From Ignavibacteriales bacterium (lineage in GTDB: Bacteria > Bacteroidota > Ignavibacteria > T3Sed10-11), in assembly GCA_003568415.1 (NCBI GenBank), contig PWXV01000155.1, positions 17,114 to 81,113 on the forward strand: a stretch of DNA of 64,000 nt, given 5' to 3'. The position numbers were made by a program, and so were the translations under genes. The notes beneath the pieces were generated by a model. That model was not told where the DNA came from. It was given only the letters and a program-made list of their open reading frames with translations, and searched no databases. Shown in pieces: positions 11,250-21,395 of the stretch (position 1 is the first letter of the stretch; each line of letters begins with the position of its first letter).

Positions 11250-11798
11250 TTAACCAAAGAATAATTGCGTTACGAGCACCGCTGATATAATACCGACAAA
11301 ATCGGCTGTTAAGCCACCGGGTACTGCATGGCGGGTACGATATACACCGACAGAACCAAAGTAAACCGCCATAACATAAAATGTTGTTTCCGTACTTCCC
11401 ATCATTACCGATGCCATTCTGCCGATCATTGAATCAGGTCCGTGTGTTGTTACAAGTTCCGACATCACACCCAACGCTCCGCTTCCCGACAGTGGACGAA
11501 GTATAGCAAGTGGTAATACTTCAGGATCCATTCCGATAAGCGTTGTGATCGGGCCGACAATTGTTCCGAGCATTTCCATTGCACCGCCTGCCCGGAATAC
11601 GCCGATAGCAACAAGCATTGCAACGAGGTATGGAATAATTCTGACTGCAACCTGAAATCCTTCTTTTGCTCCTTCCACAAAAACTTCATATATCTTCACA
11701 CCCCTCAGAGCGGCAAATATCAGAATAAATACAATTAATGCCGGAATTGCAGCAATTGAAATTATATGTAATACAGTCATCATGGTAAAAATCCTCAA
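11250..11798 (-). CDS. spmB: Nucleoside-recognition (Gate) domain membrane protein, SpmB-like
   Basis: 182-aa polytopic membrane protein. Overlaps the upstream SpmA-like gene by 4 nt, a typical spmA-spmB pair. Confidence 0.6.
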   Translation of the reverse strand: MRIFTMMTVLHIISIAAIPALIVFILIFAALRGVKIYEVFVEGAKEGFQVAVRIIPYLVAMLVAIGVFRAGGAMEMLGTIVGPITTLIGMDPEVLPLAILRPLSGSGALGVMSELVTTHGPDSMIGRMASVMMGSTETTFYVMAVYFGSVGVYRTRHAVPGGLTADFVGIISAVLVTQLFFG

Positions 11799-12775
11799 TC
11801 AAGTTGTTTACGATACACCGGAAGACGCTGCAGTAATTTCACCGCGGTTATTCCGGCAATTGTTGCAGTAGCCGTTGCAAGTATCATGGGAACAATTATT
11901 TCAGTGGGATTTGCACTTCCTGCCGATGCCCGGATTGCAATAACGGTAGCCGGAATAAGCTGTACACTGCTTGTATTAATAACAAGAAACGTACACATCG
12001 CATCTGTTGCGGTACCGACTTTCTTATTTAGCTTGTTCAGCTCTTCCATCGCTTTCAGCCCGAGTGGAGTTGCGGCATTGGCTAGTCCGAGCATATTTGC
12101 CGAAATATTAAGGATCATTGCACCCATTGCCGGGTGATTTGCCGGCACATCGGGGAACAATCTCGTCATAATTGGCCGGAGACCTGAAGCAATGGTTTGC
12201 ACAAGTCCGGCTTCTTCGGCAACCTTCATCACCCCGAGCCAGAGTGCCATAATACCGATTAATCCGATCGCAATGGTAACTGCCGTCGATGCATAGGAAA
12301 CAATGCCATCGTTTGTAACGCGTTGCAATCCAATAAACCGCAACGGGTCGGGAGTAAATTCTGCATTGTATGTTTCCGTACCGGCTCTATTCACGATAAT
12401 AATGCTTCCGGCAAGTGCATCATCGTCGGTCGGTTGTGCCTCGGTCATCTCATCCCAGATTGACGGGAATTCTTCCTGAACCGGTACACGCGCCACGGCC
12501 TTCTCCGAAGATGAGAACGTAAGATGAACCGTAAATGTGTGCAATCCATCTTCTACCCGATCAAGACCGTAAAACGTGTGGAGATATTCTAAATTGATTG
12601 TCATTGTACCATCGACCTCTTTACCTGCCGCCGGTTCTATACCATCTTCAAGGGTGAGTACAATATCTATCGGTTTTTCATTCCGGTATTTATCGGATAG
12701 CAAGTCGGAGACGTCAGTCGATAACGCCGCAATAATTCCGGCGAGTATCAAACCAAGCCAGATATAATTCAGCAT
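11795..12775 (-). CDS. spmA: Nucleoside-recognition domain membrane protein, SpmA-like, with ~150-aa extracytoplasmic insertion
   Basis: C-terminal half resembles SpmA/FeoB gate domains. A soluble insert lies between TM1 and the remaining TM helices. Confidence 0.55.
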   Translation of the reverse strand: MLNYIWLGLILAGIIAALSTDVSDLLSDKYRNEKPIDIVLTLEDGIEPAAGKEVDGTMTINLEYLHTFYGLDRVEDGLHTFTVHLTFSSSEKAVARVPVQEEFPSIWDEMTEAQPTDDDALAGSIIIVNRAGTETYNAEFTPDPLRFIGLQRVTNDGIVSYASTAVTIAIGLIGIMALWLGVMKVAEEAGLVQTIASGLRPIMTRLFPDVPANHPAMGAMILNISANMLGLANAATPLGLKAMEELNKLNKKVGTATDAMCTFLVINTSSVQLIPATVIAIRASAGSANPTEIIVPMILATATATIAGITAVKLLQRLPVYRKQLD

Positions 12776-12832
12776 AGTAATTCATTGTTGTTAGTAATTG
12801 GAAGGATTTATGATTTGTACTAATAGTATCAC

Positions 12833-13549
12833 TTAGAGCAGACCCCGCTCTGCAAAACTTGTATACGTATTCCCTGCAATTATAACGTGATCATGCACGG
12901 GGATACCGATTACTTTTCCGGATTCAACAAGTTGTCGTGTGATCATTTTATCTTCTCTACTTGGATCAGGGTTTCCGCTCGGGTGATTATGAACAAGTAT
13001 GATAGATGCAGCGAGGCCGTCGATTGCCGCTTTAAATACTTCACGCGGATGGACGATGCTTGCGTTTAAATTTCCTTCTGAGATACGCACCTGTTTCTGG
13101 ATAATATTTGAAGTATTCAATAACAATACCTCAAATACTTCACGTTTCAAATGTGCAAGGTGCGGCATCATATATTGTGCAACTTCTTCCGGTCCGTTCA
13201 CCTGCACCCGCTCTACATCCCTTGAGCGGCTCAACCGTCTCCCTATCTCAAATGCAGCCACTATCTCAGCCGACCTGGCTTTCCCGAGACCACGATTACG
13301 CGTTAACTCATCAACCGATAGTTTTGATAATTCGCCCAATGTTTTGTGTTCGGAGATAAGCCGTTTCGCTAAATCGACTGCAGTAATCTTCCCGCTCCCC
13401 GAGCCGATAATTAATGCAAGAAGTTCTGCATCGCTTAATGCAGCCGGACCACGCAGGAGCAGTTTTTCGCGCGGACGGTCATCGACCGGCCATTCTTTTA
13501 TTTTAGCGTGATAAAAAGCCGCTTCTTTTACTGCATCTTGTTCCTTCAT
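12833..13549 (-). CDS. radC: RadC-family JAB/MPN domain protein (UPF0758)
   Basis: N-terminal HhH region and C-terminal JAMM motif HNHPSGNPDPS. Confidence 0.8.
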   Translation of the reverse strand: MKEQDAVKEAAFYHAKIKEWPVDDRPREKLLLRGPAALSDAELLALIIGSGSGKITAVDLAKRLISEHKTLGELSKLSVDELTRNRGLGKARSAEIVAAFEIGRRLSRSRDVERVQVNGPEEVAQYMMPHLAHLKREVFEVLLLNTSNIIQKQVRISEGNLNASIVHPREVFKAAIDGLAASIILVHNHPSGNPDPSREDKMITRQLVESGKVIGIPVHDHVIIAGNTYTSFAERGLL

Positions 13550-13581
13550 ACACCCCCTCCCGATTATGGGTGATGAAATGA

Positions 13582-14472
13582 TTATGAAAAAAGACGTAAC
13601 GCTTCCTGATACTTTTCAGCGGTTTTCTGAACAATTTCTTCCGGTAACGGCGGCGGTGGCGGTGTCTTATCCCAATCGAGCGATTCGAGATAATCGCGCA
13701 GAAATTGTTTGTCAAAACTTTTTTGTGAACTGCCAGGCCGGTACTCATCCTTCGGCCAGAATCTGGACGAGTCAGGTGTTAATAACTCATCGATAAGGAT
13801 CACCTCATCATTATAGATGCCGAACTCCATCTTAGTATCTGCGATAATAATTCCGCGCTTTTCAGCTTCCCGGGCAGCCCGTTGATATATCGCTATGCTG
13901 AGCGACCGGAGGTGTTCAGCAAGTTCACCGCCTATTATTTCTGCAGCGGTATCAAATGATATATTTTCATCATGCCCTTCATCTGCTTTTGTAGCAGGTG
14001 TAAAAATCGGTTCGGGCAATCGCTCGGATTCTTTTAAATTAGACGGTAGCTTTATACCGCAAACCGTGCCAGAAGCTTTATATTCTTTCCAGCCGGAACC
14101 GGAAATATAACCGCGCACAACGCATTCAATCGGAATACTCTTAGCTCTTTTTGCTAACATAATGCGGTCTTCAAGAATATCCCGATATTGGAGGAATTCC
14201 GCAGGCAGATCATCGACCTTTGTGCTTATAAGATGATTCGGAACAATATCATCCATTCGATCGAACCAGAAAGTCGATATCTTGGTGAGTACTTTCCCCT
14301 TCCCGGGAATACCTTCGTTCATTACAACATCGTATGCAGATATACGGTCGGTTGTTACGATTAATAGATTCCCATCTGCCGCATACATATCACGAACTTT
14401 ACCGCGGGCAACTCGTTCCACACCTTCAAAATCAGTTGTCAGTACCGTTAAGCGTTCAGTTTTTGGACTCAT
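13582..14472 (-). CDS. purC: Phosphoribosylaminoimidazole-succinocarboxamide (SAICAR) synthase
   Basis: 296 aa, long-form PurC. GKVRDMY ... [14 protein letters not shown] motif. Confidence 0.85.
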   Translation of the reverse strand: MSPKTERLTVLTTDFEGVERVARGKVRDMYAADGNLLIVTTDRISAYDVVMNEGIPGKGKVLTKISTFWFDRMDDIVPNHLISTKVDDLPAEFLQYRDILEDRIMLAKRAKSIPIECVVRGYISGSGWKEYKASGTVCGIKLPSNLKESERLPEPIFTPATKADEGHDENISFDTAAEIIGGELAEHLRSLSIAIYQRAAREAEKRGIIIADTKMEFGIYNDEVILIDELLTPDSSRFWPKDEYRPGSSQKSFDKQFLRDYLESLDWDKTPPPPPLPEEIVQKTAEKYQEALRLFS

Positions 14473-14475
14473 AGT

Positions 14476-16464
14476 TCAATTTAAAATTATTTCATCTACT
14501 TTAATTATTTCACCTGCCATATACCGCAGAACATTTTTGGCGGCATTTACGCGGTTTCTTCCCATGACAATCGGAGAATGTATTCCGCGATAAAATATCC
14601 CCGACGACAAAGCCTCGGCAATACCATCCCGGGTTGTTGCTCCTTCAGTAATGAGCATGGAAAGCAATTTCATCGTATCGTAGCCCATGAGGGTATTTCT
14701 GGTAGGTCTGCTTCCCATACTTTCTCTGAAAGAATCAAAGAATTCAATAAAAGTAGAATCCTCAGTATTCCAGAATGAATCCGAGGTAAAATACACTCCG
14801 TTAACATAGCGTCTGTTCTCTTCCAGTGCAAGGATGTCGTTCCATTCGCCAGTGCCAAGCAATTGTGTACGAACGTTATGATATGCTATCTGCGCCGATA
14901 CAATTCCCATTTCATCTTTTGATGTGATTGGCAAATAAATTGCATCGATAGATTCAACCGGAACATCCAGACTATCGGCATACAAATCACCATGTATCAC
15001 ATTAAGGCCAAGTGAATCAGCGATACGAGGACCATCTTCACCGAGCAGTTCGATTACCGGGACTGCACTTTCTTTTTCAATTAACGAGTCAAGCAGCTCA
15101 AGTTCCACTCCGGTACTTGCAATTTTAAAAATATCACTCTGGTCCATTTCTCCCGAAAATGAAATATACAGGTGTAATGAATCTTGCAATCCATATCTGC
15201 GAATATTATAAAACTGTTGCGTAAAATTAGTTTCACCACCGCGATACCACTCATTGACCACAATATAAGCACCATCAAGCTCGTTTACCTCATCGATAAA
15301 TCCTTCTGCAATATCCTGTCCGTGTGAATCAGTCGGTGCGAGCACTGAAAGTGCAGAGTAGCCAAGGTGTTCCACTGCGTATCGTGCCATCGCACGACCG
15401 CGGGTTCGGTAATCCGGATTTGTTTGAAATACGTAGTGGCCGATATCGGCAATATGGTTTGCTGTAGCCGTCGGAGTAATGATCGGTACACCACGTGCGT
15501 TTGCCACACCAGCTGTTGCAAACACTTCGTCACTAAACACCGGTCCGAGGATCATAACTACTTCATTATCATTCACAAGCTCCTGTACGTGACGGGCTGC
15601 AACCGATGGCTGACGACGTGTATCACGAATATCAAGAAAAAGCTGGATGTCCGATTCAGCATTATGTTGTTCTACTGCAAACTGAACACCTTCCAACAGT
15701 TCCCGTCCGAGCCGGCGAAGCGGTTCATGTGGAGTATTTTCAAAGAGTGGTAATATCACACCGATTTTGAGGGTAACTCCTTCTTCAATATTCTCAAGCA
15801 ACGACCTGAGTTCGCTGATCAGCGGATGCATGCTGTATTCCTCCACCGCTTCTTTGAGCAATGATTGTGCGAGACCGAAATTTCCCCGTTCCATGTATTT
15901 TTGTGCTAAGGAGAGCGCAAGGAAGCCCCGTTCAAATTCCCGTCGTGATTCTTCATAAATATTTTGCAAGTCATCAATGCTGAGGTGTTCGTTGATAATA
16001 CGTGCGAGGTATGCTTCAGCATTTCCTTGTAGTTCAATATTATCGGTTTGTTCAAGTGCCCGCATAAACGTAATCAGAGCATCTTCATATCTTCGATCAC
16101 GCATGTACGCTACACCGAGCGTGAAATAGGCATCATCCTGATATAACGATCGCGGGAATCGGTCAAGGAATCGTTGTAACAATCTCGAAGCCTCGCGGTT
16201 CTGACCCAGCTCAATCATTGATTTAGCCGCCATTACATATGCCGCTGTGGTGCGCTGAGTAACATCCCCCATATCCAGAATCATCTCAAACTGTTGCAAT
16301 GCTTGCCGGTAATTTTCATTCTCGAATGCTTCGACACCCGATTGAAAATATTCATTTGCACGCTCACTGAAAACCACTCTCCGATCCTGAGCGGATACAT
16401 CTGTGAGGAGTAAGAATGCAATGATTAGCGAAAAGAGTGTACGAAAAATTGTAACTGCAATCAT
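14476..16464 (-). CDS. Secreted TPR + periplasmic-binding-protein type I (LivK-like) domain protein, LpoA-like architecture
   Basis: Signal peptide, then N-terminal TPR repeats. C-terminal ~350 aa has the pattern of an ANF-receptor/Leu-Ile-Val-binding fold (LKIGVILPL...ILGPVFSDE...). Confidence 0.55.
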   Translation of the reverse strand: MIAVTIFRTLFSLIIAFLLLTDVSAQDRRVVFSERANEYFQSGVEAFENENYRQALQQFEMILDMGDVTQRTTAAYVMAAKSMIELGQNREASRLLQRFLDRFPRSLYQDDAYFTLGVAYMRDRRYEDALITFMRALEQTDNIELQGNAEAYLARIINEHLSIDDLQNIYEESRREFERGFLALSLAQKYMERGNFGLAQSLLKEAVEEYSMHPLISELRSLLENIEEGVTLKIGVILPLFENTPHEPLRRLGRELLEGVQFAVEQHNAESDIQLFLDIRDTRRQPSVAARHVQELVNDNEVVMILGPVFSDEVFATAGVANARGVPIITPTATANHIADIGHYVFQTNPDYRTRGRAMARYAVEHLGYSALSVLAPTDSHGQDIAEGFIDEVNELDGAYIVVNEWYRGGETNFTQQFYNIRRYGLQDSLHLYISFSGEMDQSDIFKIASTGVELELLDSLIEKESAVPVIELLGEDGPRIADSLGLNVIHGDLYADSLDVPVESIDAIYLPITSKDEMGIVSAQIAYHNVRTQLLGTGEWNDILALEENRRYVNGVYFTSDSFWNTEDSTFIEFFDSFRESMGSRPTRNTLMGYDTMKLLSMLITEGATTRDGIAEALSSGIFYRGIHSPIVMGRNRVNAAKNVLRYMAGEIIKVDEIILN

Positions 16465-16723
16465 TCTGTTAATTATACCTGTTCTGCCACAATTTTTTAA
16501 ATTTAATTGTAATAATACCGAAAATATATTTGTTTTCCAAAAATAGTGATTTTTTTGAGAAAATTCTATATATCGAATTGCCCATGGCCTATTTTGTAGA
16601 ACTTGCCGTTAACATATCCGAGAGGATTCGTTTACTTCCTGCTCACCTTTGAGATAGTTCAGATAAGTTTTACAGCACATATATCGGGTAGGAATAATCA
16701 TTACCTCCAATTATATAATCGGT

Positions 16724-17722
16724 TCAGGTAATAATTCTTGTCTCACCTAACGCCAGCATCCATAGTCCATTGTCGGAAATTTCAAACGAATTGGCAGCGC
16801 GGGAAAGTTCCTTTGGTGGTTCATCGATATTCTCATCCGCCACATCAAACGCTCCCCAATGCATACCGGCAAAGTACCGGGCATTAAGCTCCCTATATGC
16901 ACGTAATGCATCATACGGATCCATATGCATATACCGCATATACCATCTGGGTTTATATGCACCGATCGGCAATATCGCAACATCGATTTGTCTAGGACTG
17001 TGGTTAGCGACCCTTTGAAACTCGGGGAAATAACCGGTATCACCGGCAAAATATACGGTTTCATCCTGGCCGCTGATCAACCATCCCGACCACAACGTTT
17101 CATCGACATCAAATAGTCCTCTGCGCGATGTATGTTGTGCCGGTGTGCATATAAATTGTATACCATTGTGCTTTATACTATACCACCAGTCACGTTCCTG
17201 TACGTTTGTAATGTTCCACTTTGCTAATTCTGCTTTAACGCCAAGCGGAACGATAAAGAGCGGATTAAATTCTTTTCGTAACCGCATTACGGTCGGCTTA
17301 TCAAGGTGATCATAGTGTGTGTGAGAAATCAATACGACATCAATATTCGGCAGTTTGTGCCATGGTATGCCGGGATTTGATTTTCGACGAGGACCAATTT
17401 TATTCCCAGGTCCGACCAAAGAACTCCAAACCGGATCTGTCAGGATATTTACATCATCGATTTGAATAAGATACGTAGAGTGACCAACCCACGTCAACGC
17501 TGTGCTATTATATCGTTCCTGAATTTTTATATCCCGGTAATCAAGCGCCGGAATAGAATACCGGCGGGATCGTGGCCTGGGATTTACGATAAAGTTTTGC
17601 AAGCGCCATTGAATACGATCTCTAATTCTGAGATAATCTTCATCATTCATCCATGGGTTTGTAAACCCGTTCTTTGTATGGTGTATGTGGTTTAAATTGT
17701 TAGCCGCAATAGCTCCGTGCAT
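16724..17722 (-). CDS. MBL-fold metallo-hydrolase, NAPE-PLD-like (paralog 1)
   Basis: WVGHSTYLIQ ... ISHTHYDHLD metal-binding motif. About 55% identical to the adjacent paralog. Confidence 0.7.
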   Translation of the reverse strand: MHGAIAANNLNHIHHTKNGFTNPWMNDEDYLRIRDRIQWRLQNFIVNPRPRSRRYSIPALDYRDIKIQERYNSTALTWVGHSTYLIQIDDVNILTDPVWSSLVGPGNKIGPRRKSNPGIPWHKLPNIDVVLISHTHYDHLDKPTVMRLRKEFNPLFIVPLGVKAELAKWNITNVQERDWWYSIKHNGIQFICTPAQHTSRRGLFDVDETLWSGWLISGQDETVYFAGDTGYFPEFQRVANHSPRQIDVAILPIGAYKPRWYMRYMHMDPYDALRAYRELNARYFAGMHWGAFDVADENIDEPPKELSRAANSFEISDNGLWMLALGETRIIT

Positions 17723-17820
17723 AGATAGAGTGTACAGTAATAATTCAACATTAATTTTTTATGATATTTCATTGATTGTTATAACATCATAGAGCGGTAA
17801 ATGATTCACCGATCTCAAAT

Positions 17821-18870
17821 TTATTCACGAGGAGGAATGGATCTCGTTTCTCCGAACGCAAATACCCACACACGATCCGGATCCACCTGCAAGGAGTCCA
17901 CAGCAACCTGTAGATCCTTTGGAGGTTGATCGAGTAATTCATCCGATTGATCGAAGGTTCCCCAGTGCATTGCGGCAAAGTACCGGGCATGTAAATCCAG
18001 ATATGCCTGCAATGCCTCAGCGGGATTAACGTGAACAGGCTGCATAAACCACCTCGGTTCATATGCTCCGATTGGCATTAGTGCCACATCTATTGGACTG
18101 TAGCGTTCACCAATCTCTTTAAATCCCGGGAAATAACCGGTATCCCCGGCAAAATAAAATGTTTTACTGTCTGCCTGAATAATCCAGCTCGACCAGAGCG
18201 ATTCGTTGCGATCGTTTATCCAGCGTTGTGAAAAATGTTGGGCCGGTGTACAGACTATCTTGATTCTGTCGATTAGATACTCATCCCACCAATCAAGTTC
18301 GACGACATTTTCGATCCCCCATTCATCGAGAAATTTTTTATTTTCAAGCGGTACAAAAAAGACAGGGCTGAAATCTTTTTCTAATTTTTCGATTGTTCCA
18401 CGATCCATATGATCATAGTGATTATGCGAGATAACCACAATATCAATAGGCGGCAGTTTTTCCCAGGGGATGCCGGGTGGCATATACCGTCGCGGACCGA
18501 CCCGCTTACCGAACGGCCCGACCCGGTCACTCCATACGGGATCGGTAAGTATATTTTTGTTATCCACCTGTATCAGAAAGGTTGCGTGGCCTACCCAGGT
18601 CAGCATACCGCTATAAATCCGCTCCGGCGGATTAACATATTCCGGGGGTATCGCTTGCAGGTCATACCGGTCGGGTTTTACCACCTGGTGCATTATCCGG
18701 CGGTTCCACTGCCATCGCAGAAAATCAAAAAAATTCTTTTCGTCATCCTCTGTAAACCAAGGATTACGAAACCCGGAATCCGTGTGGTGTGTTTTGTTAT
18801 CAGAGGTATCCGAAAGTCCCATGAGAAATAATATCGGCAGGATAAAAACCAATGCTTTCACGTACTGCAC
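17821..18870 (-). CDS. MBL-fold metallo-hydrolase, NAPE-PLD-like (paralog 2, signal peptide)
   Basis: WVGHATFLIQ ... ISHNHYDHMD. N-terminal hydrophobic signal sequence. Tandem duplicate of 16724..17722. Confidence 0.7.
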   Translation of the reverse strand: MQYVKALVFILPILFLMGLSDTSDNKTHHTDSGFRNPWFTEDDEKNFFDFLRWQWNRRIMHQVVKPDRYDLQAIPPEYVNPPERIYSGMLTWVGHATFLIQVDNKNILTDPVWSDRVGPFGKRVGPRRYMPPGIPWEKLPPIDIVVISHNHYDHMDRGTIEKLEKDFSPVFFVPLENKKFLDEWGIENVVELDWWDEYLIDRIKIVCTPAQHFSQRWINDRNESLWSSWIIQADSKTFYFAGDTGYFPGFKEIGERYSPIDVALMPIGAYEPRWFMQPVHVNPAEALQAYLDLHARYFAAMHWGTFDQSDELLDQPPKDLQVAVDSLQVDPDRVWVFAFGETRSIPPRE

Positions 18871-19023
18871 AATGCTCCCTTATGATTTTTCAAAATGCCC
18901 GGTTTTGGAATACACTTTATCATACGAATCGTACAAAATAAGTGTTACAATTGAATAACTCAAATTTTATTTGTAAATTAAAAGCTTAAAGTGACATAAC
19001 AATGACCTGAAAAGGAGGGAACT

Positions 19024-20115
19024 ATGACAACACAAGTAGAAAATTATGTAACACCAAAAATCGAAACAAATATCGAAGAACATCTCGGTAAAGATGGAAC
19101 AAAAGATCTTCTTGACTATACCTGTAAAGGGATTGCAAAAGAAACCCTGACGTTACCCGGACCGGATTTTGTCGATCGCGTATTCGCACAGACAGATAGA
19201 AACATCAATGTATTAAAAAACCTGCAATGGATCTACAAAACAGGCCGACTTGCAGGAACAGGCTACCTCTCGATACTTCCGGTGGATCAGGGCATAGAGC
19301 ATTCAGCCGGGGCATCATTTGCCCCCAATCCGGTATATTTCGACCCTGAGAACATCGTTAAGCTGGCCATTGAAGGTGGATGTAATGCTGTTGCATCAAC
19401 ACTCGGTGTCCTCGGCAGCGTAGCACGAAAATATGCGCATAAAATTCCATTCCTCGTAAAGTTAAACCACAACGAGTTGCTCACCTATCCGAATAAATAT
19501 GATCAAATTATGTTTGGCAATGTTGAGCAGGCCTGGAAAATGGGTGCAGCAGCCGTAGGGGCAACGATCTATTTCGGCTCTGAAGAATCATCACGACAAA
19601 TTCAGGAAGTGTCCGAAGCATTTGCATATGCACACGAACTCGGGATGGTCACCGTGTTATGGTGCTATCTGCGTAACCCGGCATTCAAACAAAACGATAC
19701 AGACTATCACGTTGCCGCCGATTTAACAGGGCAGGCAAATCACCTCGGTGTAACCATCGAAGCCGATATAATCAAACAAAAAATGCCCGAGAACAACGGC
19801 GGATATAATGCAGTTAAGTTTGGTAAGACACACAAGAAAGTATATGATGAATTAGCAATCGATCATCCTATTGAATTGACACGATACCAGGTAGCAAATT
19901 GCTATATGGGACGTGCGGGTTTAATTAACTCAGGCGGACCATCCGGTAAGGATGACTTTACCGAAGCTGTAAAAACCGCAGTTATCAACAAGCGTGCAGG
20001 CGGTATGGGATTGATCTCAGGCCGTAAAGCATTCCAAAGACCTATGAGTGAAGGCGCGAAATTATTACACGCTATTCAAGATGTGTATTTGTCGAAAGAT
20101 ATTACAATAGCATAA
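19024..20115 (+). CDS. fbaB: Class I fructose-bisphosphate aldolase (FbaB/DhnA type)
   Basis: Near full-length similarity to recalled E. coli FbaB ([62 protein letters not shown]). AAAGGAGGG Shine-Dalgarno site upstream. Confidence 0.9.
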   Translation: MTTQVENYVTPKIETNIEEHLGKDGTKDLLDYTCKGIAKETLTLPGPDFVDRVFAQTDRNINVLKNLQWIYKTGRLAGTGYLSILPVDQGIEHSAGASFAPNPVYFDPENIVKLAIEGGCNAVASTLGVLGSVARKYAHKIPFLVKLNHNELLTYPNKYDQIMFGNVEQAWKMGAAAVGATIYFGSEESSRQIQEVSEAFAYAHELGMVTVLWCYLRNPAFKQNDTDYHVAADLTGQANHLGVTIEADIIKQKMPENNGGYNAVKFGKTHKKVYDELAIDHPIELTRYQVANCYMGRAGLINSGGPSGKDDFTEAVKTAVINKRAGGMGLISGRKAFQRPMSEGAKLLHAIQDVYLSKDITIA

Positions 20116-20210
20116 TATATCAGATGAACAGATGTAGCCACCTTACAGGTGGTCTACATCTTGTAATTATTTTTATACAATATTTATCGGAGAGAGGTCG
20201 GAAAGAAAGT

Positions 20211-20885
20211 ATGGCAGCAACATTTTGTCCCGATTGTGGTTCAGAACAAAAAGCAAGTGCAAAGTTTTGTGCACAATGTGGCGCATCGATAGCGCAATCA
20301 GTGAGCAATCAGACAACACCAATGCAAAAGCGAACAAAAGCACCGGACCGTGATCCGATGCCAAAAGCGAAAATAGCTATAGCAGGATTGTTCGGTATCA
20401 TCGTCGTAATTCTCGTGATAATTTTTTATAATTATATCACGATTGAAGAACATGGTGTGATTGCAGCGCAGCCCACCGTCGGTGATGGAAGATTTTATGA
20501 AGATCGTACCGTTGAGATGGTGGATATTGAGTCAGAAGTACGGAACGGCAACCTTGTGTTTTCCGTTGATGATGTTCTGGAATATGAACTTGTTCGGGTT
20601 GAATACAAAGGATCAACTGCAGAAGTACCGGTACTAGCCTATATATCACCACACGGTAAATTGGTTACCGCCATCAGTATCAGCGAGCCATGTAATGCAA
20701 CCCGGTTCACCATTATTGACGGGGCAATTAAATGCAACAATTGCGATGCCAAATGGGAAGTCGCAACAATGCAAGCATTATCCTGCTGTCCGAACAACTA
20801 TCCCGATCCGATCAATAGCGAGGTTGTCGGCAATGAAGTACGGGTTCCGATAAGCACTCTCGAGAACTGGCGACGACGGTTATGA
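20211..20885 (+). CDS. Zinc-ribbon / single-TM / Cys-rich extracytoplasmic-domain protein (unknown function)
   Basis: The internal start MAATFCPDCGSEQKASAKFCAQCG (C-x2-C...C-x2-C zinc ribbon) is preceded by a GGAGAG RBS. The ORF track extends it to 20124, but that stretch overlaps fbaB. One TM helix. C-terminal domain contains CN...CNNC...CC. Confidence 0.5.
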   Translation: MAATFCPDCGSEQKASAKFCAQCGASIAQSVSNQTTPMQKRTKAPDRDPMPKAKIAIAGLFGIIVVILVIIFYNYITIEEHGVIAAQPTVGDGRFYEDRTVEMVDIESEVRNGNLVFSVDDVLEYELVRVEYKGSTAEVPVLAYISPHGKLVTAISISEPCNATRFTIIDGAIKCNNCDAKWEVATMQALSCCPNNYPDPINSEVVGNEVRVPISTLENWRRRL

Positions 20886-20886
20886 C

Positions 20887-21312
20887 ATGCAATTGCTGAC
20901 GTTATCCGCCAGTTGTTTGTTTTTATTGTTTTTTATCGGTGAATTTATCGGTATTAAAGGTTTCAGCAGGCGTCCTAAATCCCGTACAACGATGTGGAAT
21001 ATTAACCTCGTCTTTACGGTACTGTGGATCACGGCTATAACCCTTATACTTTTTCAAAGGACAAGCGGTGTTGTACTCGCCCTTGTCCTCTCTGTTTTAT
21101 GGATAATCGCGCAGATCCGTGCTCACTGGATACCCTACATCCTTGGAGCCCCGCAGGAATACCGTCAGGAATACCAGCGTATCTTTAAAAACACCGCATC
21201 GGTTCTCCCACGACTCACCAAACGCGGCGTTGTCCCGAATTTATATCATACATTGATTTTCATACTACTCGTGCTCACTATCGGCTCCGGAATTACAGTC
21301 TTGGTGGGGTGA
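20887..21312 (+). CDS. Small 4-TM membrane protein (unknown function), translationally coupled to upstream gene
   Basis: 141 aa with four hydrophobic helices. Start lies 2 nt after the upstream stop codon. Confidence 0.45.
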   Translation: MQLLTLSASCLFLLFFIGEFIGIKGFSRRPKSRTTMWNINLVFTVLWITAITLILFQRTSGVVLALVLSVLWIIAQIRAHWIPYILGAPQEYRQEYQRIFKNTASVLPRLTKRGVVPNLYHTLIFILLVLTIGSGITVLVG

Positions 21313-21361
21313 GTCCGTAACCGGTATAGCTTAACGGCGTTATTGCAGCACCTTCAGCGTT

Positions 21362-21395
21362 CCCCGCACGGCGAGCGGGGTTACAAGTTTTTTTT
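21362..21395 (+). terminator. Rho-independent terminator (CCCCGC-ACGGCGA-GCGGGG hairpin + T8)
   Basis: GC-rich 6-bp stem with 7-nt loop at 21362..21380, followed by TTACAAG and a T8 run. Sits between the convergent + strand operon and the minus-strand DUF971 gene. Confidence 0.6.

Noticed and set aside
12999-13511. 170-aa + strand ORF
   Set aside because: Antisense to the well-supported radC gene. Low-complexity Ser/Arg-rich translation.
16465-16723. 259-nt intergenic spacer between the LpoA-like gene and the MBL hydrolase paralog, examined for a small RNA, riboswitch or tRNA
   Set aside because: No convincing conserved structure, tRNA cloverleaf or ORF. Most likely promoter and 5' UTR.
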